A DNA stretch of 42,233 bases. It comes from Paracoccaceae bacterium. Its GTDB lineage: Bacteria; Pseudomonadota; Alphaproteobacteria; Rhodobacterales; Rhodobacteraceae. Made by a program: the position numbers and the translations under genes. A model generated the notes under the pieces. That model was given only the letters and a program-made list of their open reading frames with translations. It was not told the origin of the DNA and did no database searches. This document shows positions 10,046 to 18,400 of the stretch, piece by piece. The stretch lies in NCBI GenBank assembly GCA_045106875.1, contig JBGCFK010000343.1:1-42233 (forward strand), given 5' to 3'. Each line of letters opens with the position of its first letter. The stretch's first letter is position 1.

Positions 10046-11023
10046 CTAGAGCTTCAGCAGAATCTTTCCCGCATGACCACCTGCTTCCATGTAAGCGTGG
10101 GCCTGCGCCGCGTCCTCGAAATCGAAGATTTTGTGCGTGACAGTCTGTAGCTTGCCCTGCGGGAACAGTGGCCAGACCTGCGCGCGCAATTCGGAAGCCA
10201 CTGCCGCCTTGAATTCGGGCGGGCGCGGGCGCAGGGTCGCCCCCGTCAGTTTGAGGCGTTTCAGCATTATCGGCATCAGGTTGACCTCGGTCTTTGCCCC
10301 AAGATCAAAGGCAAGAAAGATCACGCGAGCGTCCTGATTGCAGGTCTTGAAATTTCGTTGCACATATTCGCCGCCCATGAAATCCACGACGATATCTGCG
10401 CCGCCGGCCTCGCTGACGATCTCGACGAAATCTTCCTCACGATAGTTGATGACCCGCTCGGCTCCCATCTTTGCGGCCAGGCCGCGGGAGGCGTCCGAGC
10501 CCGCCGTGGTGAACACGCGCAGTCCCATCGCGGTGCCCAGTTGCACAGCGGTCGAGCCGATCCCGCCGCCACCGCCATGCACCAGCAGGGTCTGTCCGGC
10601 AGGCACATCATGCCCGTGCCAGACATTGGACCACACGGTGAAGAACGTCTCGCAGAGACCTGCCGCGTCGATCAGATCCACACCGTCCGGGATTGGCAGA
10701 CATTGCGCGGCGGGCACGGCCACGTATTCGGCATATGAGCCACCATTGGTCAGCGCACAGAGATGGTCTCCGACAGCCCACCCGGTCACACCGTCGCCAA
10801 GGGCCACGATCTCACCAGACATTTCAAGCCCCATGTAGGGAGAGGCCCCCTTTGGCGGAGGATACCCTCCGGCGCGCTGCTTCAGGTCTGGTCCGTTCAC
10901 ACCCGCGGCGGCAACCCTGACCAGAAGCTGGCCCGGGCCGGGCTCTGGAATGGCAGTCGTGCCGACGCTCAATACGTCCGGCGCACCGCCCGCACCATGT
11001 TCGATCACCCGCATTTCGGCCAT
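10046..11023 (-). CDS. NAD(P)H-quinone oxidoreductase (MDR, PIG3 family)
   Basis: AAGVNGPDLKQRAGGYPPPKGASPYMGLEMSG, ETFFTVWSN, HGGGGGIG and GKILL motifs. Start at ATG 11023 after AGGAG; the track's longer N-terminus is antisense to sbtA. Confidence 0.9.
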   Translation of the reverse strand: MAEMRVIEHGAGGAPDVLSVGTTAIPEPGPGQLLVRVAAAGVNGPDLKQRAGGYPPPKGASPYMGLEMSGEIVALGDGVTGWAVGDHLCALTNGGSYAEYVAVPAAQCLPIPDGVDLIDAAGLCETFFTVWSNVWHGHDVPAGQTLLVHGGGGGIGSTAVQLGTAMGLRVFTTAGSDASRGLAAKMGAERVINYREEDFVEIVSEAGGADIVVDFMGGEYVQRNFKTCNQDARVIFLAFDLGAKTEVNLMPIMLKRLKLTGATLRPRPPEFKAAVASELRAQVWPLFPQGKLQTVTHKIFDFEDAAQAHAYMEAGGHAGKILLKL

Positions 11024-11146
11024 GCCTGTTCTCCTCTGCTGATGGTGTGGGTCTAAGGTGGCCGGCCGTGTCGTGCAATCCTGCTGATGTTGCATGCTTT
11101 CATACAGCGAAGGGCGTGTTATTGAACTACCAACAAGGAGTGGTTC

Positions 11147-12133
11147 ATGGACGATATGCTGGCGCTTGCACAGGCGAACTTGACCTCGCCTATGGTGCTT
11201 TTCTTCGCGCTGGGCTTCGTGGCTGCCATGGCGCGCTCGGATCTCAGCTTTCCTGAAGCTGCGGCCAAGACGCTTTCGCTTTATTTGCTGTTTGCCATCG
11301 GCTTCAAGGGCGGCGCAGGCGTTGCCGAGCACGGTATAGACCTGACGCTGGGTTTGACGCTGTTTGCAGGCACGATCCTTTCGGCCATCATCCCGTTGAT
11401 TGCGTTCTACGCGCTGCGGGTGATCTCGGGTCTGAGCCTTGTCGATGCGGCGGCCGTGGCAGCGCACTATGGGTCGATATCCATTGTAACCTTTGTCGCT
11501 GCAACATCGGCCCTGACGGACCGTGGCATCGCCTATGAAGGCTACATGGTTGCCGTCGCGGCGCTTATGGAGACCCCCGCAATTCTCGTGGCGCTCTGGC
11601 TTGCACGCTCGGCTATCGCCGAACGCCCCGGCAGCGGCCAGGACGGTGGCTTGATGCGCGAGATCATGTTGAACGGGTCGATCGTGATGCTGACCGGCGC
11701 GTTCATCATTGGCTGGATCACAGGTGCCGAGGGGTTGGACGAAGTGTCCGGCCTGATCATTGACCCGTTCAAGGGTGTCCTTTGTCTGTTCCTGCTGGAT
11801 ATGGGGCTGGTGGCAGGACGCGGCATGCGGACGGGCGCGCGCCATCTCTCTGCACCGGTGATCATGTTTGGGCTGCTGATGCCGCTGTTGGGCTCGGTGA
11901 TGGGTGGGGTGACCGGAGCCATGATCGGCCTCAGCCCAGGCGGGATCGCGCTGCTCGCAACCCTTTCTGCTTCTGCGTCCTATATTGCTGTACCTGCGGC
12001 GATGCGTGTGGCCTTGCCGGAGGCGAACCCCTCCATCTACCTGACCCTGTCGCTGGGCGTCACCTTCCCGTTCAACCTGACTGTCGGAATCCCGCTATAC
12101 ATCGCGATGGCGCAAACCCTTGGGGGAAGCTGA
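11147..12133 (+). CDS. sbtA: SbtA-family (DUF897) sodium-dependent bicarbonate transporter
   Basis: SLYLLFAIGFKGG, AAHYGSISIVTF, SASYIAVPAA and LGVTFPFNLTVGIPLY motifs; about 10 hydrophobic segments; AAGGAG RBS. Confidence 0.88.
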   Translation: MDDMLALAQANLTSPMVLFFALGFVAAMARSDLSFPEAAAKTLSLYLLFAIGFKGGAGVAEHGIDLTLGLTLFAGTILSAIIPLIAFYALRVISGLSLVDAAAVAAHYGSISIVTFVAATSALTDRGIAYEGYMVAVAALMETPAILVALWLARSAIAERPGSGQDGGLMREIMLNGSIVMLTGAFIIGWITGAEGLDEVSGLIIDPFKGVLCLFLLDMGLVAGRGMRTGARHLSAPVIMFGLLMPLLGSVMGGVTGAMIGLSPGGIALLATLSASASYIAVPAAMRVALPEANPSIYLTLSLGVTFPFNLTVGIPLYIAMAQTLGGS

Positions 12134-12137
12134 GATC

Positions 12138-12452
12138 ATGCAGACCTATGCCAAGAAACGTGTCGAGATCATTGTCGAGGCCCCGGCACTACGCCGTGTA
12201 CTGGCATTCCTGGATGACAACGATGTGTCGGGCTATACGGTTGTACCGGCGTTGGCGGGCCGCGGTGACAGTGGCCGGTCCTGGTCGCGCGAGGGTCAGA
12301 TCACTGACACGGACAGGATGGTGACTGTGGTGATGATAATCGATGCGTCCCGGCTGGAGCCGGTTTTCGATGCGCTCTATGGTTTGGTGAGCCGACAGAT
12401 CGGCGTGATTTCGGTCAGCGATTGCGAAGTCGTCCGGGATGCCCGGTTCTAA
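12138..12452 (+). CDS. sbtB: SbtB-like PII-superfamily regulator
   Basis: 104 aa; KRVEIIVE, SGYTVVPALAGRG and SDCEVVRDARF; starts 4 bp after the sbtA stop. Confidence 0.8.
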   Translation: MQTYAKKRVEIIVEAPALRRVLAFLDDNDVSGYTVVPALAGRGDSGRSWSREGQITDTDRMVTVVMIIDASRLEPVFDALYGLVSRQIGVISVSDCEVVRDARF

Positions 12453-12528
12453 GCTTGGCTTATGCGCCATCCCGGATCGACAACGCTTCCGCAGTGCGTC
12501 ATAAACCAGCGCCGATGCGGAGAAGATC

Positions 12529-13203
12529 ATGACCGACAATATCACTCTGCCCACCGAGGCGTTGCCCGGCTATCTTGTTGACCGCTACCATGGATGGACG
12601 CGTGGTCACTATGCCGAGAACAAGGCGTGGTTCGCGCGCCTGGCCGAAGCCGGGCAACATCCAAGGGCCATGGTCATTCAGTGCTGCGACAGTCGGGTGA
12701 ATGCTGTGCAGATGTTTGGCGCGCAGCCGGGTGATCTGTTCGTGGTCCGTAACGTGGCAAACCTGATCCCGCCCTACAGCCCGGATCATCAGCACCACGG
12801 GACATCAGCGGCGGTCGAATATGCAGTCAATGTGTTGAAGGTCGCACATATTGTCGTGGTTGGGCACTCGAATTGCGGAGGGGTACATGCCTGCCATGAC
12901 ATGTGCTCGGGCAAGGCGCCGGAGCTTGAGGATGTTTCCAGCTTCGTCGGACGCTGGATGGATATCCTGCGGCCAGGCTATTTGCGGGTCATTGACCGGG
13001 TCGATGGTGAGGATGCGCAGAAAACCGCGCTGGAACATGAGGGTGTGCTGACTTCGTTGCGCAATCTGACGGGATTCCCGTTCGTTCAGAACGCGGTCGC
13101 CAAGGGTACGTTGACGCTGCATGGCACATGGCTGGATATTGGAACGGGCGAATTGCATGTGCACTCCGAAGAGCACGGCTTTCGCCCCCTTGCATTGGCT
13201 TAG
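12529..13203 (+). CDS. Beta-class carbonic anhydrase
   Basis: Zinc ligand motifs CCDSRV and GHSNCGG; GDLFVVRNVANL. Confidence 0.93.
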   Translation: MTDNITLPTEALPGYLVDRYHGWTRGHYAENKAWFARLAEAGQHPRAMVIQCCDSRVNAVQMFGAQPGDLFVVRNVANLIPPYSPDHQHHGTSAAVEYAVNVLKVAHIVVVGHSNCGGVHACHDMCSGKAPELEDVSSFVGRWMDILRPGYLRVIDRVDGEDAQKTALEHEGVLTSLRNLTGFPFVQNAVAKGTLTLHGTWLDIGTGELHVHSEEHGFRPLALA

Positions 13204-13205
13204 TT

Positions 13206-13673
13206 TCAGACGACAGATGCGGGAGTTGCGCCTGTTGCCGCGACCAGTTCTGCGGGCGTGATCTCGAAGACGGCATCGGGCGCTCCGGCGGCCGCCCAGA
13301 CCGTTTCAAACTGCATCAATGTCTTGTCGATCCAGATCTTCGGGGCCGTCAGGTGCCCGATTGGCGAGACGCCGCCGATGGCAAACCCTGTCCTTGCACG
13401 CACGTCATTTGCATCGGCGCGGGCCAGCGGTTCTCCGACAGCGGCAGAGGCCTTGTCCATGTCAACACGGTTTGCACCCGAGACGAGCAGCAAAACCAGA
13501 TCCCCAGAATCCTCCCCTGTGAAGATCAGCGACTTGACGATGCGCGCGACCTCGCAGCCGCAGGCGTTGGCGGCATCTTCGGCTGTGCGGGTGCTCGCGC
13601 CCATGCGCTTGACCTCGATCGAAAGACCCAGATCAACAGCTGCCCGTTGAACGCGTTTGACGGATTTGCTCAC
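13206..13673 (-). CDS. YbaK/EbsC-family aminoacyl-tRNA deacylase
   Basis: STRTAEDAA, IVKSLIF, TGFAIGGVSPIGH and WAAAG motifs. GTG start at 13673 overlaps the upstream TGA (GTGA). Confidence 0.88.
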   Translation of the reverse strand: MSKSVKRVQRAAVDLGLSIEVKRMGASTRTAEDAANACGCEVARIVKSLIFTGEDSGDLVLLLVSGANRVDMDKASAAVGEPLARADANDVRARTGFAIGGVSPIGHLTAPKIWIDKTLMQFETVWAAAGAPDAVFEITPAELVAATGATPASVV

Positions 13674-14125
13674 GCGTTCAGAAGGAAGAGGATATAAACA
13701 GCCGCGCAGGCAATCATGGTGCCGACGAAGAAGATTGCGGCAGTGGCAAAAGTATAGCTTCCGACAGCGACCATACCCGCGACCGCGCCGACTGTCGCGA
13801 TACCGCATGTGATCAGGATTCCGCCAGCCAAGCCGCCCAGCATTCTTCCGATGCCCTCTGCGATACCGCGCTTCATGTCTTCCGGATGACTGATTGCCCA
13901 GCCGAACACGATCAGAAGTACAACGATCAGCAAGAGGATCAGTGGATCGATCCCGTCGAAGATCCCGTCGAAAATACTGCTGTCTTTCAGTGGTTCCGGT
14001 TTGGGTTCCATGCCTAGCCAGTCGCGCCAGCCGGCAGCGGCGGGGCCTGCTGTCAGGCTGGTCGAAGCCGCTATGAAACCAAACCAGCCAATGCGCGAGG
14101 GCATATGTGTCAGAAGGCTCATCAT
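13670..14125 (-). CDS. Hypothetical membrane protein
   Basis: 151 aa with a signal-like N-terminus (AxA) and about 3 hydrophobic helices; co-oriented between carA and ybaK and coupled to ybaK. Confidence 0.6.
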   Translation of the reverse strand: MMSLLTHMPSRIGWFGFIAASTSLTAGPAAAGWRDWLGMEPKPEPLKDSSIFDGIFDGIDPLILLLIVVLLIVFGWAISHPEDMKRGIAEGIGRMLGGLAGGILITCGIATVGAVAGMVAVGSYTFATAAIFFVGTMIACAAVYILFLLNA

Positions 14126-14171
14126 GCGGACAAGCTAGCAACAAATCTGTATGTTCGGAAGTAGAGTCTGT

Positions 14172-15341
14172 TCAGCTGGCCATCGCTTTCGCAAATCGGT
14201 CAAACAGGTAAAAGCTGTCCTGCGGGCCCGGCGAGGCTTCGGGGTGGTACTGCACGCTGAACGCTTGTCCGTCCTCGGTGCGCAGTCCGCAATTGGTGCC
14301 ATCGAACAGCGAAATATGGGTCTGCTTGACGCCCGCAGGCAGGCTGTCCGCGTCCACCATGAACCCGTGGTTCATCGATGTGATCTCGACTTTGCCGGTT
14401 TCCAGATCCTTCACCGGATGGTTCGCGCCGTGATGGCCCGTGGCCATCTTCGCCGTCTGCCCGCCTAGTGCCAGCGCCAGCATCTGGTGGCCAAGGCAGA
14501 TGCCAAACAAAGGCTTGCCCGCAGCCATCACGCCCTGAATCATTGGCACGGCGTATTTCCCGGTCTCTGCCGGGTCACCCGGGCCGTTGGACAGGAAAAT
14601 GCCGTCAGGCGCGTGCGCCAGAACCTCCTCAGCGGTCGCAGTCGCTGGCATGACGCGAACATCGCAGCCAGCCTCAGCCAGACAACGCAGGATCGTACGC
14701 TTGGCGCCAAAGTCGATGGCGACGACCTTGTGGCGTGCGCCCTCCTGCTTGGGGAACCCGTCTGGCCACGCCCAGCGCAATTCGTCCCATGTGTAGCTTT
14801 GCGCACAGGTAACGTCCTTGGCCATATCCGTGCCGTCAATCGACGGGAATCCTTGGGCCGCAGCGATCAGCGCATCCGTGTCGATGTTGCCATCCTGGGA
14901 GTGCCCGATCGCGCAGTGTGGCATGCCCTGATCACGGATCAGCCGGGTCAGACGGCGCGTGTCCACGCCCGAGATCCCGATGCGTCCATGCCCCGCCAAC
15001 CAGTCCGACAGATGCGCGGTAGCACGCCAGTTTGCCGGATCGGTGACATCCCATTTGACCACCATGGCGCAGGCGACGGGATCAGCGGTCTCCTCGTCCT
15101 CCGCATTGGTGCCGGTATTGCCGATGTGAGGGAAGGTGAAGGTCACGATCTGGCCTGCATACGAGGGATCGGTCATGATCTCCTGATACCCGGTCATGGA
15201 GGTATTGAAGCAGAGCTCGCCCGCAACCACACCTGTGGCGCCAAAACCATGTCCCCAGATCAAAGTGCCGTCGGCCAGTGCGATACAAGCGGTGGGACGG
15301 GGTGTCTGCAGAAGTCTTGCGCCGGTGTCAGTTGAGGTCAT
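14172..15341 (-). CDS. carA: Carbamoyl-phosphate synthase small subunit
   Basis: GELCFNTSMTGYQE, LSNGPGDP, FGICLGHQ and SVQYHPEASPGP motifs. Confidence 0.97.
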   Translation of the reverse strand: MTSTDTGARLLQTPRPTACIALADGTLIWGHGFGATGVVAGELCFNTSMTGYQEIMTDPSYAGQIVTFTFPHIGNTGTNAEDEETADPVACAMVVKWDVTDPANWRATAHLSDWLAGHGRIGISGVDTRRLTRLIRDQGMPHCAIGHSQDGNIDTDALIAAAQGFPSIDGTDMAKDVTCAQSYTWDELRWAWPDGFPKQEGARHKVVAIDFGAKRTILRCLAEAGCDVRVMPATATAEEVLAHAPDGIFLSNGPGDPAETGKYAVPMIQGVMAAGKPLFGICLGHQMLALALGGQTAKMATGHHGANHPVKDLETGKVEITSMNHGFMVDADSLPAGVKQTHISLFDGTNCGLRTEDGQAFSVQYHPEASPGPQDSFYLFDRFAKAMAS

Positions 15342-15578
15342 GTTGTGTCCCGTCTCCTGCTCGTGTCTGGCTTCCGGCCGGACCGAGCCATAGATTCGCC
15401 ATCGCCGTTGGCGCGAACGTATGCGGGCGGACCGGGATGGGTCAAGCTTGACACGAAATATAATTATACTAGCAAAATCAATTGCTTGAGAGATTTTCGA
15501 CCTGTTGCGAGACCGAGTTGGCTCGTGTTAGGTTCCGCCGCCCGGCCGCCATTGTGCGGTGCAACGAACGGACGGACC

Positions 15579-16031
15579 ATGCGTGATCGGATCACCGCCG
15601 CGTTGAAAGACGCCATGCGGGCCAAGGACCAGATGCGATTGTCGACCCTCCGGTTGATGTCGGCGGCGCTGAAGGATCAGGATATCGCCAAGCGATCGGA
15701 GGAGGGCGAGGACCAGCTTTCGGACGCCGAGATCGTCTCGCTGCTGTCCAAGATGTTGAAGCAGCGCGAAGAATCCGCCAAGGCATATGAGGAGGCCGGG
15801 CGCATGGAACTTGCCGAACAGGAACGCGCCGAGCAGCTCGTGATCCGCGAATTCCTGCCAAAACCTCTGTCAGAGCAGGAAGTCGAGGCCGCCGTGGCGG
15901 ACGCGATCAAGACCACGGGCGCCAGCTCGATCCGCGACATGGGCAAAGTCATGGGCTTGTTGAAAGCGGCTCACACGGGACGGATGGATTTCGCCGCTGC
16001 CGGGTCCATGGTCAAATCGGCGCTTTGTTGA
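15579..16031 (+). CDS. GatB/YqeY domain protein
   Basis: LKDAMRAKD...LSTLRL, KQREESAKAYEEAGR, FLPKPLS and DMGKVMG motifs; divergent from carA; start at ATG 15579. Confidence 0.92.
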   Translation: MRDRITAALKDAMRAKDQMRLSTLRLMSAALKDQDIAKRSEEGEDQLSDAEIVSLLSKMLKQREESAKAYEEAGRMELAEQERAEQLVIREFLPKPLSEQEVEAAVADAIKTTGASSIRDMGKVMGLLKAAHTGRMDFAAAGSMVKSALC

Positions 16032-16032
16032 C

Positions 16033-16842
16033 ATGAGCGACGATCAGGAAGAAGCACAGCGGAAATATGCCCGCGCCAAGGAAATGGTTGCCCGCGGCAA
16101 ACAGGCCATGGGCGAGGGCCACCGGCTGCTGCGGGAGTTATCAGGCAAGGTCCGTCACGCTCGGACGCGCGGACAGGTGAATCAGCAGATCTGGGAATGC
16201 GAGAAACTGAACGGTCGGCGCGCCGAATTCTTCAGTCAGGCAGGTCAGGATGCGTTTCTGGACGAGCGTGTTTTCGGCGGCAAACGAAACGGCGTCTTCG
16301 TCGAGATAGGCGGATATGACGGTCTGACGGGATCCAACTGCCTGTTTTTTGAATTGCTGCGCGGCTGGACTGGCCTGCTCATCGAACCTTCGCCCAAGTT
16401 TTTCGCCCGGGCGCAATCCTTTCGGCGTGCCACGTGCCTGCAACTGGCGGTGGCGGCCGAGGAGGGCGAGGCGGAGTTCCTGGAGGTTCAGGAAGGTTTC
16501 AGCCAGATGTCCGGGCTGACGGGATCCTATGACGAGAAGCTCCGCCAGCAGGTCGAATCCGATCCGCGCCACAAGGGCGAGCTGATCCGCGTCAAGACCA
16601 AGTCCTTGCCTGCGATCCTGGATCAGCACTTCTTGAAAGAGATCGACTTTGTGTCGCTGGACGTCGAAGGCGGCGAGATGGCTGTGTTGTCGAACTTTCC
16701 TTTTGACCGGTACAAGGTTCATGCCTGGACGGTCGAGAACAACACGGGCGGCACCGAGATCCCGGCTCTCATGCAGGAAAAGGGCTACGCCCGGATCGAA
16801 GCGCTGGGCGTTGACGACATTTACGTCAAGAAGTCCGACTGA
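16033..16842 (+). CDS. FkbM-family methyltransferase
   Basis: FSQAGQD, FVEIGGYDGLTGSN, WTGLLIEPS and IDFVSLDVEGGE motifs. Confidence 0.85.
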   Translation: MSDDQEEAQRKYARAKEMVARGKQAMGEGHRLLRELSGKVRHARTRGQVNQQIWECEKLNGRRAEFFSQAGQDAFLDERVFGGKRNGVFVEIGGYDGLTGSNCLFFELLRGWTGLLIEPSPKFFARAQSFRRATCLQLAVAAEEGEAEFLEVQEGFSQMSGLTGSYDEKLRQQVESDPRHKGELIRVKTKSLPAILDQHFLKEIDFVSLDVEGGEMAVLSNFPFDRYKVHAWTVENNTGGTEIPALMQEKGYARIEALGVDDIYVKKSD

Positions 16843-16877
16843 CCGGGTCAGTGACCAGACCAGACCCGATCAACAAC

Positions 16878-16906
16878 GAGGGCTCCAACCCGGTGTTGGA
16901 ACCCTC
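16878..16906. terminator. Hairpin between convergent genes
   Basis: GAGGGCTCCAAC-CCGGT-GTTGGAACCCTC, with 11 of 12 stem positions pairing; lies between the FkbM gene and the 54-aa ORF; no strong U tract. Confidence 0.4.
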
Positions 16907-16935
16907 CGGACCTTTGGCATGACAGGTTGATTAAC

Positions 16936-17100
16936 CTAGAACAGAAAGCTGTCATCCGTCAGGTCTATCGTGACGTCCGGGACATCGTGCCCGTCACTTT
17001 CGATGTAAGTGTCCACTACAGGATTGGTATCCTGGGCGGGCACCTTGCCAATCATGTTCCACGCCGACAATTGGGGGAATAGTGTATGAATATTGAACAT
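16936..17100 (-). CDS. 54-aa acidic microprotein with a type I secretion-like C-terminus (LTDDSFLF)
   Basis: CAGGAGAGCTCC-ATG; MFNIHTLFPQLSAWNMIGKVPAQDTNPVVDTYIESDGHDVPDVTIDLTDDSFLF then TAG. Fills an otherwise empty gap and is shorter than any ORF in the track. Confidence 0.65.
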   Translation of the reverse strand: MFNIHTLFPQLSAWNMIGKVPAQDTNPVVDTYIESDGHDVPDVTIDLTDDSFLF

Positions 17101-17308
17101 GGAGCTCTCCTGATTTGTATTTTCGGTTTGTGGTGATTTTGGCAGATTTCAGCGTGGCGTGTTGAATCTATTGATTTCAGATTCCGCGATTCGGATTTCT
17201 ATTCCGTCAAAGTTGTTGGTGAACTGAACTATAATTTGCTGACCCGGCACTTGTGTCCCGGTTTCGTTGTCCGTGCCGTAAGTGTTATGCTGCGGCAGGG
17301 GGAGAGAT

Positions 17309-18400
17309 ATGAATAAATTCTTAGCGCTGCTGTGTCTGGTTGTGGCTGTTCCGTTGAGTGCGCTCTCGGCGCCTTGGCCCGACTATCAGTCTGTCTATGT
17401 CAACGACTTTGCTGATGTGCTGGATGATGCGACCGAGGCGGACTTGACCGAACATCTGACTGCCATCCGAGACAACCACGGCGTCGAGATGACGGTTGTC
17501 ACTATCAGCACCATAGACGACTTCGATGCGGCTGCTTCGTGGGAGGCATTTGCCACGCGGCTCTTCAACGGGTGGGGTATCGGAGATCCCGAACGCAATG
17601 ACGGGGTGCTGTTCCTGTTTGCCATGACCGATCGGAACATGCGGCTCGAAGTCGGCTCGGGATTTCACGGCGATTGGGACAATGCGACAAAGGACATCAT
17701 CGATTCGATCATGGTGCCCAACTTCAAGAACGGCGATGTGAATGGCGGGGTGACGGCTGGCGTGCGCACCATGATTGCCCGGATCAACACGAATATTGCA
17801 GAAGGCCGTGCCGCCACCGACACTCCATATGGCCAGCAGACCGTGTCGGGCACCTCTGATGACACCGCCATCACCGACGATTTCAATGACGAGCCCAAAA
17901 GCACGTTAAGCTGGATCTGGTACACTCTGATCCTGCCGGTGCTGGCTGGTGGCGCGTTCCTGGTCCGCCGCTTCATACGGATGCGACCGCGAGACTGTCA
18001 GGCGTGTGGAACGCGCATGCAGCTGCTCGACGAGGCTAGGGATGACGCCTATCTCGACGAAGGATCGCAACTGGAGGAGAGCATCAATTCCGTGGACTAC
18101 GATGTGTGGTCCTGTCCCTCCTGCGGTCATGCTCATATCGAGCGCTGGCGCAATTGGCTCTCGCGCTATGGCGCATGCCGGGCCTGCAATTTCCGCTCGC
18201 TCGAGAGCGACACCCGCATCTTGCGTTCTGCCACGACCTCGTCCGAAGGGTTGAAGGAAATCACCTATAACTGTGTGCATTGCAACGAGACATGGATGGA
18301 GACGAAGCGCATTCCGCGTCGTTCGAACTCCTCGTCGTCTTCATCGTCTTCCTTCTCGGGAGGTTCGTCGTCCGGTGGCGGGTCGTCCGGCTCATGGTGA
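17309..18400 (+). CDS. TPM-domain (YgcG-like) membrane protein with C-terminal zinc ribbons
   Basis: Signal peptide; YVNDFADVL, LFNGWGIGDPERNDGVL and RLEVGSG; one TM helix; CQAC/CPSC/CRAC/CVHC; Ser/Gly tail ending in GSW; GGAG RBS. Confidence 0.87.
   Translation: MNKFLALLCLVVAVPLSALSAPWPDYQSVYVNDFADVLDDATEADLTEHLTAIRDNHGVEMTVVTISTIDDFDAAASWEAFATRLFNGWGIGDPERNDGVLFLFAMTDRNMRLEVGSGFHGDWDNATKDIIDSIMVPNFKNGDVNGGVTAGVRTMIARINTNIAEGRAATDTPYGQQTVSGTSDDTAITDDFNDEPKSTLSWIWYTLILPVLAGGAFLVRRFIRMRPRDCQACGTRMQLLDEARDDAYLDEGSQLEESINSVDYDVWSCPSCGHAHIERWRNWLSRYGACRACNFRSLESDTRILRSATTSSEGLKEITYNCVHCNETWMETKRIPRRSNSSSSSSSSFSGGSSSGGGSSGSW

Noticed and set aside
11074-11094. TGCAA-N11-TTGCA dyad between the oxidoreductase and sbtA
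   Set aside because: Five-bp arms arise easily by chance, and no cognate regulator is in the window.
11024-11845. 274-aa N-terminal extension making the oxidoreductase look like a 599-aa fusion
   Set aside because: It is mostly the antisense of sbtA; family motifs and the RBS point to ATG 11023.
13674-14144. N-terminal extension of the YbaK ORF (312 aa)
   Set aside because: Off-frame overlap with the membrane-protein gene; YbaK similarity begins at the coupled GTG 13673.
15441-15470. GTCAAG-CTTGAC palindrome (back-to-back -35-like hexamers) with nearby TATAAT/TATACT
   Set aside because: Plus-strand spacing (5 or 11 bp) does not fit sigma70; probably a promoter region, but it cannot be resolved by eye.
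18320-18400. TCG/TCC-rich repetitive stretch
   Set aside because: Encodes the ordinary Ser/Gly tail of TPM-family proteins.
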